Shown here: positions 21,185 to 29,730 of the stretch, one piece after another
Position numbering within the stretch: position 1 is the stretch's first letter
How the letters are laid out: every line of letters starts with the position of its first letter
Source: an uncultured Gammaproteobacteria bacterium
Lineage (GTDB): Bacteria > Patescibacteriota > Microgenomatia > UBA10105 > UBA927
Direction of reading: 5' to 3'
Length of the DNA stretch: 64,000 bases
Assembly: GCA_964629685.1 (NCBI GenBank)
Contig: CAZVTT010000001.1
Span: 81,877 to 145,876, forward strand
Translations under genes and position numbers: made by a program
The notes under the pieces: generated by a model
The model's database searches: none
What the model saw: only the letters and a program-made list of their open reading frames with translations
What the model was told of the DNA's origin: nothing

Positions 21185-22759
21185 TTATTTTATTGCGTAA
21201 ATCGAAACCAACGGAACACCGTCTACGGTCTCCGAGAATAGAGGAGTTTTATTTTTATAATAATCCCAATAAACGTCCGCATTTACCCGAAAAAAGCCCT
21301 GTCTGGCGAGAATAATGGCATAGTCACAGGAGGAAAAATCACCGGAATATACTGTAGATTGATCAACCAGGGAAACCGGTATTTCTTTTACAATCCCCTG
21401 ATACCAGTATCCTTTCAGTAAATCCGGCCAGGGAAAAACACAATACGTAGCAGTAGGATGTTGCTGTAAAAACGGAATTACTGCTTTATACGAGCTTCCC
21501 CAATATTCCGTTTCGTACCCCCGTAGTTGTGCACCCTTTACCCCTCCCACTAACTCACTGGCATACACGTACTGGTACGGATGAATTCTCAATGACACAA
21601 AACAGACATATATCGTTAACACCAATACCGTCAACGGAAAAATTGGCCTATGAGTTTGGATCATCCGGCGGAAACGGTCCAACCCGATAACGGACATTAC
21701 TACCGCAAAAGGATAAGCAGGGAGAAACAATCGCTCACCATCATATTGAATCGCATACGGCAGCGTCATCATGACTAAGGGGACAAACAGATTTATCAGC
21801 ATAAAACGCTCATATTTACGGGGCTTAAGGAGCGCACTGGCAATACCCACAAGTCCAAAAATTACCACCGGTAACGGAATGGTGGTAAACAGCAGCACAA
21901 ACGAATAGTGCCAGGGGGCCATATTCCCTTCCACGTTTGTGTACTGTTGTCCTAAGTAGTACACATCAATCGGATAATGCTCTAGCATCAGCGACGTATA
22001 GAACCGGAAACGCCCGATAGGATCAGGCCAAAGATACGGCCAGCATATCAAAAAAATACCGAGAGGAATTAAAACTAATAGTGTTGTTTTTAATACCAAC
22101 GGCAGTATCCAGAACCGGCGTCGGGAATGTATACCCTGCCAAAGCCCGACTATAGTGATATAGGATCCTACTGTCACACCTAACAACGCTCCCTGCAATT
22201 TTGTTGCGAGAGAAATTCCCAGGAGGATAAGTACCACGACATAACTTTTTATCGATGTCACTGCCTGTACGCTAACTACAGCTGTAGCCAACCACAACGC
22301 CGTTATCGGAAAATCTAATGCACCGAGATGCGCATGATAAAAGACTCTGGGGAGTAAAATTGCTGTCAAACCGGCATAAACCCCTAGCCACTTACCGTAA
22401 TTTTTTGAAACGAACCATGTCATCGTCCCGGATAACAACATCACAAAAGGGAGTATTCCCAACCGAAATGCGTCTATTTGATTCATGAGACCAAACACAT
22501 CAAAGAAGATATGTCGCGTTATGCCGCCGGAAATTTTAAATATCGGCGGATGCCTGTCATGTATTGGCCATTGCGCGACGATTGAATCCCACGTCGGATG
22601 TAATAACCAAGCCGTATTGGCTTTGGCAATGGACATATAGAACGATTCATCTGCAGAAAGTCCGTAATCCGGGATAGTAAAAGCCACCAGTAATCCGGCA
22701 CACAATGCTACCAGGAGACTTAGCATCCCCACAGAAACGGAAAGTCTCTTTCGACTCAT
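21185..22759 (-). CDS. ArnT/PMT-like (GT39/GT83) membrane glycosyltransferase
   Basis: DE motif in first loop, HPP, D-x-P, ATK, ERLFLP, YWG. Confidence 0.8.
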   Translation of the reverse strand: MSRKRLSVSVGMLSLLVALCAGLLVAFTIPDYGLSADESFYMSIAKANTAWLLHPTWDSIVAQWPIHDRHPPIFKISGGITRHIFFDVFGLMNQIDAFRLGILPFVMLLSGTMTWFVSKNYGKWLGVYAGLTAILLPRVFYHAHLGALDFPITALWLATAVVSVQAVTSIKSYVVVLILLGISLATKLQGALLGVTVGSYITIVGLWQGIHSRRRFWILPLVLKTTLLVLIPLGIFLICWPYLWPDPIGRFRFYTSLMLEHYPIDVYYLGQQYTNVEGNMAPWHYSFVLLFTTIPLPVVIFGLVGIASALLKPRKYERFMLINLFVPLVMMTLPYAIQYDGERLFLPAYPFAVVMSVIGLDRFRRMIQTHRPIFPLTVLVLTIYVCFVSLRIHPYQYVYASELVGGVKGAQLRGYETEYWGSSYKAVIPFLQQHPTATYCVFPWPDLLKGYWYQGIVKEIPVSLVDQSTVYSGDFSSCDYAIILARQGFFRVNADVYWDYYKNKTPLFSETVDGVPLVSIYAIK

Positions 22760-22811
22760 CTATTCAGCATAACCTAAGCTGCATGGTGATAGAAGTAGTT
22801 GCCTTACGGTT

Positions 22812-24170
22812 TTACCGTATCGTTGCTCCCAACGGCATTCCTTCACCGGGTATAAAAATTGGTTTATCCGCTCCGTCTACTGCCAGAATCATACCCTGCG
22901 ATTCTTCACCCAACATTTTTCTTGGTTCCAGATTAACAGCAAAGAAAAACTGCTTTCCGATAAAGAAGTCTGCGGTATACCCGAATTGTCTTACGCCGGT
23001 AAATATAGTCCGCTGCTCATCCCCAAAATCGACATGCAGTCGGATCAGTTTCTCGCTTTTCTCAACATGTTCTGCAGCCGTTACCTTCCCCACCCGTTCC
23101 TGTACTGCTGCAAATTGATCTATCGTTATTTTACCGTCAGTCCGCTTGATGGGATAAGAAAAAAACGAATAACTATTTGTTAATCCCAGGGCTTCACGGA
23201 CTTCTTTCATGGTCGCCCCTGCCACCGTCTGAGTTGTGGCGGCACCTTTTTCCAGGATAGACTTCACCAATTTCGGATCACTCCTAAGCTGCTCGTAACG
23301 TGCACGTGCAGGTGCAAATGTTTTCATAAGCGAGGTGAATAAATATTCCTTCACCTCCACATCCCCCACTTCCCCTTTTATATATAGCTCTTTCAGTTCC
23401 GTAACTTTTTCAGTTTCACCGAAAAAATCCAAATAACTGAATACCATATTCCCTTCCACATGCCCGGGATCATCAGCATGCTTTCTGGTCGGATCAGTAA
23501 ACGTAGCCATTACCTGTTTTTTTATCGCGTCTTCCGACTCAAATATGCTTATCAAATTTCCCAGAGATTTACTCATTTTCCGCTGTCCGTCTGTCCCCAG
23601 TACTACTGCTACATTTTCCGGAATATAGGGTTCCGGGAGAGGAAAAACCTGTTTCCGGAATACCCGGTTAAACCTGTCGGCAATATCACGGGTAATCTCC
23701 ACGTGTTGTTTCTGATCTTTACCAACCGGCACTAAATCCGGTTTATAGAGCAAAATATCGCACGCCATTAAGATGGGATAATTAAATAATCCCAAATTGA
23801 TGTCATCCTCCATCACGTCTTTTGACAATTTGTCTTTGTACGCATGTGCCCGCTTAAGTAAACCCAGGGGTGTAATATTATTCAGAATTGTCTGCAATTC
23901 CGCATGCATGGGTACATCGGATTGTCGGAAAAATACTACATTGGGATTATCAAACCCCACTAACGCAATTTCATTCACAATTAACGTTTCAGTGTTCTTC
24001 TGTAATGTCTTTCTGTCCTGTATTGTCGTAAGGGCATGCAGGTCTGCAAACATCAAAAAACATTCGTGATCGCGGGACAATTGTACAAACTGCTTAACTG
24101 CTCCAAGATAATTACCTATATGCAGGCTGCCATCTCCACTGGGTGTTATTCCTGATAATATTCGTTTCAT
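22812..24170 (-). CDS. trpS: Tryptophanyl-tRNA synthetase with C-terminal tRNA-binding (Trbp111/CsaA/MetRS-C-like) domain
   Basis: HIGNY, YPILMACDIL, VPVGKDQKQH, KMSKS; C-terminal ITIDQF..VGKV..AEHV..SEKL...NLEPRKMLGEESQGMILA; SD GAGGAGG. Confidence 0.95.
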   Translation of the reverse strand: MKRILSGITPSGDGSLHIGNYLGAVKQFVQLSRDHECFLMFADLHALTTIQDRKTLQKNTETLIVNEIALVGFDNPNVVFFRQSDVPMHAELQTILNNITPLGLLKRAHAYKDKLSKDVMEDDINLGLFNYPILMACDILLYKPDLVPVGKDQKQHVEITRDIADRFNRVFRKQVFPLPEPYIPENVAVVLGTDGQRKMSKSLGNLISIFESEDAIKKQVMATFTDPTRKHADDPGHVEGNMVFSYLDFFGETEKVTELKELYIKGEVGDVEVKEYLFTSLMKTFAPARARYEQLRSDPKLVKSILEKGAATTQTVAGATMKEVREALGLTNSYSFFSYPIKRTDGKITIDQFAAVQERVGKVTAAEHVEKSEKLIRLHVDFGDEQRTIFTGVRQFGYTADFFIGKQFFFAVNLEPRKMLGEESQGMILAVDGADKPIFIPGEGMPLGATIR

Positions 24171-24201
24171 ATACATACCTCCTCAAACAAAATCTTCTCC
24201 A

Positions 24202-24594
24202 TTATACTGTACCTTCAGCAAATACACGCAAAGCCGAAACCAGATCAGTCACGGTAGTGTAGTATATCCGATCGTCTACCCGGAACAGACCGTATCGTTT
24301 ATCAACCAGGAGCATCCGCTGATATCCTGATAAATTCCCGCCGTAGCGAAATTGAATATCCGCAAACTTTTTCGCAAGTTGCTTGTACATTATTTTCGGT
24401 CCATATCCATACCGGATAACGGAAATACCGCTAGCCGCTTGCAACGAAACTAATCGGTGATAGTTCTGTGGCAATGGTTGACGCGATTCTTCCACCATGT
24501 CCATCGTCATAAACACTTCGATTTTTGCACGCTTCACTAAACGCGTGGCAAAATGCACCACATCTGACGATTGCACTTGCGTTATAAATTTCAT
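24202..24594 (-). CDS. Hypothetical 130-aa protein, possibly PLD-like/TrmB-effector-type fold
   Basis: ATGA-coupled to the upstream gene, SD AAGGAG; pattern LVKRAKIEVFMTM...GISVIR...MLLVD. Confidence 0.6.
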   Translation of the reverse strand: MKFITQVQSSDVVHFATRLVKRAKIEVFMTMDMVEESRQPLPQNYHRLVSLQAASGISVIRYGYGPKIMYKQLAKKFADIQFRYGGNLSGYQRMLLVDKRYGLFRVDDRIYYTTVTDLVSALRVFAEGTV

Positions 24595-26120
24595 AATTCT
24601 CCTTTGGCGACAGCCATAAAACGAAAAACGGAATATATTGGCCGGTTAGCCCTAAACAGCACGGCATTGTGCGGGTTAATGGGAATATTTCTGGCCACCA
24701 CGCTGTCCCCTGCTTTCAGATAAGACAAAGCAATCTGCATACCGCGCACATCATAGCGGTAGCAGGCCACGGGAGTCTTTTGTGAAGATGCGTATATGTG
24801 AAATACATCCTCGGTTATCCCTACCGTACGTAAATACGCATCCAGCGCAATAGTGGCTCTGAACACATCTTCCGCTGATCCCCGGAGATCAACGCCCTTT
24901 ACAATCGCGGTTAGTCCTTCCAATTGTTTATCGCTCAAGACTGCCCGTTTACACCCTGTCATTTCTGCCAACGAAAGCAACAGAAACGGATCGGGGTACA
25001 TTTTCGCCCCCTCACCGTTTACGTGTCGTCTCAGTAGTTCAACATATTCAGATGTATCCGTATCCACATTTAATATAAGTGCCAGATCTGTTGTCTTTAA
25101 TACTGCTGTCTGGGAAACACTAATAGGGCGCACGGTAATGCCGTACTCCGCCAGTCTTTGTGTAAACGCCTGAATTTCCCGCCGCTCCAATACATCTTCG
25201 TGCTGCTGCAATACGGCATCACGGGTCACCAGGTGGAGTACCTGTTGATTAGCCAACCTGACGGTTTCCGCTACCCTCTCTACCACACTTTGCGCGAGTG
25301 GCATCATAACTTGCTGTATTTGCGCCAGCGCCGTATTTTCCTGTGGGTCGAGTGTGGTCAGAAATAAACCCACATCCGGTAACTGTATTTGATCTAGTAC
25401 AGCTTCTCCATTTCGCATGAGTTGCACATCTGCCTGAAAATACAGCGGTGGATGGTATGGAGTATGCTGCCCTGATATACCATGCTTAAGACAAAATTTG
25501 TCTCTGGCATTCTTTGCATACTGTGAAAACATTCGGGCTTGTTCATGGATAACTTGTGTCGCCTGTCCAAACATTGACTCGGATACCCGAATGGACTCAG
25601 CAGGCGAAGACGGCCTGATAAAAAATAATGCCTCCCTGCCCACCTGTGCTTCCCTGGACGTGTAAATTCCACACGCCTCAGCTGCTAGTTGCAAACGCTC
25701 GTATGCCAATTGAGCTTCCGCTAAATCTTCTTCTCCAAACGCCGCTTTCACAGAGGATAACTCCTGCATCACTGTTACGGGATAATTATGTTGCTCTAAC
25801 TGCACGGAAAAAAACTCCTCTTCTATACAAAAACCTGACGAACCGGCAATCGTATACGGCCCAGTCCCGTTTTCGTGTCCTGCTTCAAATGACAGGAATT
25901 GTCCCGCTCCCTGATCCGTTTTTAGAATCGGACGGGATAAAAGCGCACCATTCCGGAATTGATCTTTAGTCGCGCGGCTCCGGGGGAAAATTCTATTCCG
26001 CAGTTCGTCAGGCGGACTATGCCGCAATCCCAAAAACACACTTCCGGTTTCACGCGCCGCCTCCGGAGTACCTATTTCGGAAAAATGCAATCCCGGTTCA
26101 AAAAGTACATCAAGCGGCAC
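24591..26120 (-). CDS. Hypothetical protein with circularly permuted ATP-grasp (glutathionylspermidine-synthase-like) features; true start probably 26283 via a frameshift
   Basis: LYFQADVQLMRNGEAVLDQIQLPDVG resembles R.D......G....E.N; frame stays open upstream to about 26243; strong SD+ATG lies at 26283 in another frame. Confidence 0.55.
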   Translation of the reverse strand: MPLDVLFEPGLHFSEIGTPEAARETGSVFLGLRHSPPDELRNRIFPRSRATKDQFRNGALLSRPILKTDQGAGQFLSFEAGHENGTGPYTIAGSSGFCIEEEFFSVQLEQHNYPVTVMQELSSVKAAFGEEDLAEAQLAYERLQLAAEACGIYTSREAQVGREALFFIRPSSPAESIRVSESMFGQATQVIHEQARMFSQYAKNARDKFCLKHGISGQHTPYHPPLYFQADVQLMRNGEAVLDQIQLPDVGLFLTTLDPQENTALAQIQQVMMPLAQSVVERVAETVRLANQQVLHLVTRDAVLQQHEDVLERREIQAFTQRLAEYGITVRPISVSQTAVLKTTDLALILNVDTDTSEYVELLRRHVNGEGAKMYPDPFLLLSLAEMTGCKRAVLSDKQLEGLTAIVKGVDLRGSAEDVFRATIALDAYLRTVGITEDVFHIYASSQKTPVACYRYDVRGMQIALSYLKAGDSVVARNIPINPHNAVLFRANRPIYSVFRFMAVAKGEL

Positions 26121-26336
26121 TCCCGCGGCTTTTACTCTTCCGCTTCCGAAAATTTCATAATCCTCTTCGGAATTATTCCCGCTTTCATTTTGTTCCGCGC
26201 CAAGGCAATCCTTCAGATTTATATCCGGAAATTCCTCCCCGGACTACTATTTCTGTATCTTTTGGTCCATATTCTGTTGACATAGGACCTCCTTTCCCTG
26301 TCCGTTTTACCGGACAATGCTTTCTATTCAGGCACT

Positions 26337-26672
26337 AAAAAAGCCCTTATAAATCCCCCAGTGTATTACTGGTGAACTTACAAGGGCTTTTTACGGCTGT
26401 GCCACCTTGCTTCGCTCCCTCAGAAACGAAAAACTCTCCACCGGGAGAGTTCGTCACTTCATAAGAGAACCTTATTCATGACGAGCTCCATTTATACCTC
26501 TTCTTTACAAGCGAAATGCTTGCATGGAACAAAGTGAAATGACACTCGTTGCTGACTATTACGGTTTCGCCTCCGTCTCCGCAGACTAATACAGTTTTAG
26601 CGGAGCCGCCCGGGATGCACCGTCTGATGCGTCCCTAATCCGGTTCCAACCCTCCGGATCATAGCGTTTCTC
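26337..26672 (-). ncRNA. T-box riboswitch (Trp specificity inferred) with intrinsic terminator
   Basis: Antiterminator CAAGG-UGGCACA-GC...GC-CCUUG (26409-26381) overlapping terminator AAAAAGCCCUUGUAAGU...GAUUUAUAAGGGCUUUUUU; UGGC pairs with G73-CCA of tRNA-Trp; trpS lies downstream in the same operon; extended -10 TGGTATACT at about 26689-26697. Confidence 0.8.
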
Positions 26673-26714
26673 TTTAATTATGGAAGATAGTATACCACAA
26701 AGGGGCAAACAGAG

Positions 26715-26743
26715 TTGCTTTGAGGCAAAAAACGGAGTATACT
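26715..26743 (+). promoter_or_regulatory. sigma70 promoter for the initiator tRNA
   Basis: TTGCTT-N17-TATACT. Confidence 0.6.
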
Positions 26744-26766
26744 CCATATGCTTAGACCGTATAAGC

Positions 26767-26836
26767 CGCGGGGTAGTGTAAAGCCGCACAGGAGGCTCAT
26801 AATCTCCTAGGCCGGGTGCGATTCCCGGCCCCGCAA
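26767..26836 (+). tRNA. tRNA-Met(CAT), initiator-type, atypical
   Basis: CGCGGGG/CCCCGCA acceptor with C1:A72 mismatch, anticodon loop CTCATAA, T arm CCGGG-TGCGATT-CCCGG; CCA not encoded. Confidence 0.85.
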
Positions 26837-26846
26837 CTAAGGACAT

Positions 26847-26876
26847 GAAAAAGGCTCCCAAATGGGAGCCTTTTTC
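26847..26876 (+). terminator. Intrinsic (bidirectional) terminator after tRNA
   Basis: GAAAAAGGCTCCCA-AA-TGGGAGCCTTTTTC. Confidence 0.85.
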
Positions 26877-27182
26877 GTCCTCAGCGGATTGCTGTGCAGT
26901 AAATACGCCACGGTGCTATAAAATCTGTGATCACTTCTAAACTTCACCTAAATCACAATATCTGTTATAGTCAGGCACGGAAATCATAACAAAGCTCTAA
27001 AAGCTGGGCTTTTCTCGTGATTATCTTAAGTTCTACGTACCTTTACACCTACCGATTCGCTTTTCTCATTGATTAGTTCGATGAATCTTGACGTAGTTCA
27101 ACATTCACGAGCTAATCAATAGGAGGCATGAGCGAAAAAACCTGCAGAGACAGTCCGTCAGCAATACCTAAAGGAGTAGACG

Positions 27183-27557
27183 ATGTTACTGTGGAGTCAG
27201 CTATTTCCCGATCATTACCCGTCGGATGAGCAACAGGAGACCCTCGGTCTTACGAATGCTCATGAAGCCGTCGAAAGAATGACACGCCGGAACTTTTTCA
27301 TTACGGCAGTCATCGGTCTGGTGCTTTTCGGTTACGTAGCACTATTTCCGCCATCTGTTTGGATTACCGTCGCCATCCTGATCGTCAATACGCTTCTCGT
27401 CGCTTCCAGTCTTTACAATGGCTTAGATGTCGTCATGAGTTACGCCGATCTGGAAGCAGCCGCGAGGCGCGGGATCATCGTACCGGGGGTAATGTACATC
27501 GCCGTAATAATAAACGGAGTTTACATCTTCACGTCAATCTGTACACTGCTCAGTTAG
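27183..27557 (+). CDS. Small membrane protein (3 TM)
   Basis: SD AAAGGAG, three hydrophobic segments, followed by a terminator. Confidence 0.75.
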   Translation: MLLWSQLFPDHYPSDEQQETLGLTNAHEAVERMTRRNFFITAVIGLVLFGYVALFPPSVWITVAILIVNTLLVASSLYNGLDVVMSYADLEAAARRGIIVPGVMYIAVIINGVYIFTSICTLLS

Positions 27558-27571
27558 CGAATCGGTCAATC

Positions 27572-27637
27572 ACACCCCCTCCTTGGAGTTCTCGCCAGCG
27601 ATGGTGAAAATGTTGAAGAGGTGGGGGTGTCGTTTTT
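27572..27637 (+). terminator. Terminator-like hairpin
   Basis: ACACCCCC...GGGGGTGT followed by a T-run. Confidence 0.6.
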
Positions 27638-27644
27638 GTTTACG

Positions 27645-29540
27645 TTACTCTACTAATTCGGCTGTAAAACCCGAAGGCTGCCAGTTGGTCCCCGTTTTAT
27701 CTGCACAAAAATCTACCGCTTTATTTACTCCATGCGCAGGTAAATAGCTTATGGATTTGAGTGGTGTAACTACCGTTTTCCCGTCCGTAGTAACTTTTGT
27801 TCCGCCATAGAACCTACTAAATTTCCCTTGATTCAGTGAAAATGTTACTTTCCAATTGTCGTGTCTCGTATCGGTTAAATTCTTAACTACCACTTTGGCA
27901 CAATACCCTTGCGGCCACTCTTCTTCCATTTCAAAGGTGGTAAACAGACCATTTTGCTGCGTTATTCCTGTAGGATAATATACCGTTTTTCCGTCAACGT
28001 AATTCCATAAGTTATAGTAGACTACAACCCGAATTTCTGTCGGTTCTCCTGTAGATAACGGTATCCCCTTTTCTTCTGAACCGAACGTATACGGATAAGT
28101 TAAGTCGCGGGCTTTCCATTTTCCGTTTACGTAGAATGCTACCTGTGTTGGCGTAAGCGAAGCATCTATTTCCGCCTTTAAAAATACATTTCCGTTGCTG
28201 GGTGCTTTATATTCGGTCAGTACGATTTTCGTATTCGTATTCGGTAAAATTTTAGGATATGTCCCTGTACCGGTCGATGGTACCATCCGCGGAGTAGGTG
28301 TAGGAGTAAGCTTAGGTGTCAGCTTTGGCGTGAGTGTAGGAGTTAATTTGGGTGTAACCGTTGGTGTCGGTACACCAGTCTGGGAAGGTTTAGGCGTAAC
28401 TGTTAATGTGGGTGTAGCCGTCATCGGGCGGGATGTAACTACCGGCGACGATGCCGGAACAGATACGCTACTTACTTGGGAATAGTAATTATCGACGACC
28501 AGCTTTCCATAGGTACTCAAATCTACCAGGTTATCCCACGCAGCGGTCATATTGTTGGAATCGCACCAACTCCACATCCACGGAAATACGCCGTTGTGAC
28601 CGTTGGGTATACCCGTTTTAATAACCCGAGAAAACACATCTTTTACGTATTGGGGGGTATCGGGAGTCGCATTGTATTGTCCTAACTCTCCGATAACTAA
28701 AGGAACGCTGGAGGCTCCATTCATTGTGGCGTCTACATTGCTTAACCCTATATTGGGATACCAATGATTGGAAAATACCGTATTTGCTGTGCTTCCGAGC
28801 AATGATGCATCGTATGTTTGTATTTGTTTCAGACTGGGAATATCAAATGCGGCCGCCCATGACCTGGTATCTAGCACGACTATTCCTTTAAACGATAAAT
28901 CCTGCCGTAAATATCTTAACGTTTCTTTATTTGCAGCAATCCAATTCGTCCACGTGTTTGCGCTTTCATTTTCCCCGTACGGTTCGTTGTACGGATTCAT
29001 AATCAGATATTTCTCATAGCCGTTAGCTCGGGCATGTTCAACAATGGATTTGAATAACGGAAATGACGTTTTATCGTAATTTGCTAATACATCACCGGTA
29101 TATGTGTGATCCGTCGGCATTACATATATTCCGTTTTGCGCGAAAAGTGCCATTAACTGTCCGAATTGTTGGAAGTTACTCCCCTGCGCTAACCAGGAAG
29201 CAGAATAATTCAGACGTATCGCATTAATACCTACCTGTTTCATTTTGGCAATCATTTCGTTCCGTTGTTTCCAGGTATTTTCCGTCACATAAGAACAACC
29301 GTTATCCCGGTAAAATTCCACGTTAACCCCTTCCACAATGAACCGTGCTCCGCTCGCAGTAACGATAGTGGTATTTTGCACCCGCAATTGTGGATCTGCG
29401 GTTTGCGCAAACGTCTGAAGCGAACCCGTTTGCTGCTGACTTACCCGCAGGAACAGCAGCAATCCTATGGCTAATAGTATAAGAATCCCAAATCCGAAAA
29501 CAGACGCTGGAGTTAAACGATACGTTTTTTTTCTGGACAT
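27645..29540 (-). CDS. Membrane-anchored GH5 glycoside hydrolase with Pro/Thr linker, Ig-like domain and C-terminal CBM2
   Basis: N-terminal TM; GINAIRL, NEP acid/base, HWY, VIGELG nucleophile; TPKLTP linker; WPQGYCAKVVVKN...NWKVTF (CBM2-like). Confidence 0.8.
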   Translation of the reverse strand: MSRKKTYRLTPASVFGFGILILLAIGLLLFLRVSQQQTGSLQTFAQTADPQLRVQNTTIVTASGARFIVEGVNVEFYRDNGCSYVTENTWKQRNEMIAKMKQVGINAIRLNYSASWLAQGSNFQQFGQLMALFAQNGIYVMPTDHTYTGDVLANYDKTSFPLFKSIVEHARANGYEKYLIMNPYNEPYGENESANTWTNWIAANKETLRYLRQDLSFKGIVVLDTRSWAAAFDIPSLKQIQTYDASLLGSTANTVFSNHWYPNIGLSNVDATMNGASSVPLVIGELGQYNATPDTPQYVKDVFSRVIKTGIPNGHNGVFPWMWSWCDSNNMTAAWDNLVDLSTYGKLVVDNYYSQVSSVSVPASSPVVTSRPMTATPTLTVTPKPSQTGVPTPTVTPKLTPTLTPKLTPKLTPTPTPRMVPSTGTGTYPKILPNTNTKIVLTEYKAPSNGNVFLKAEIDASLTPTQVAFYVNGKWKARDLTYPYTFGSEEKGIPLSTGEPTEIRVVVYYNLWNYVDGKTVYYPTGITQQNGLFTTFEMEEEWPQGYCAKVVVKNLTDTRHDNWKVTFSLNQGKFSRFYGGTKVTTDGKTVVTPLKSISYLPAHGVNKAVDFCADKTGTNWQPSGFTAELVE

Positions 29541-29730
29541 ATAATTATGACACGCTAAGAAAAGTATAGAGATTGCATAGGTTGAGTGCAAACAGAAGTG
29601 ATACCGTGGAATCGTAATACGAAAACAGAACGCGCAGGCATCGAAGGAATCACTCTCCGCGGTAAACCGCAGAAAATAACAACCTCGATGCCTAAGCCCC
29701 TAGGCTCAAATGCGCGATCCATTCAGAAAA

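Noticed and set aside
26586-26861. 91-aa minus-strand ORF
   Set aside because: Antisense to the tRNA and overlapping the T-box promoter; spurious
28280-28460. DNA tandem repeat in the GH5 gene
   Set aside because: Degenerate codons of a Pro/Thr linker; protein-level low complexity only
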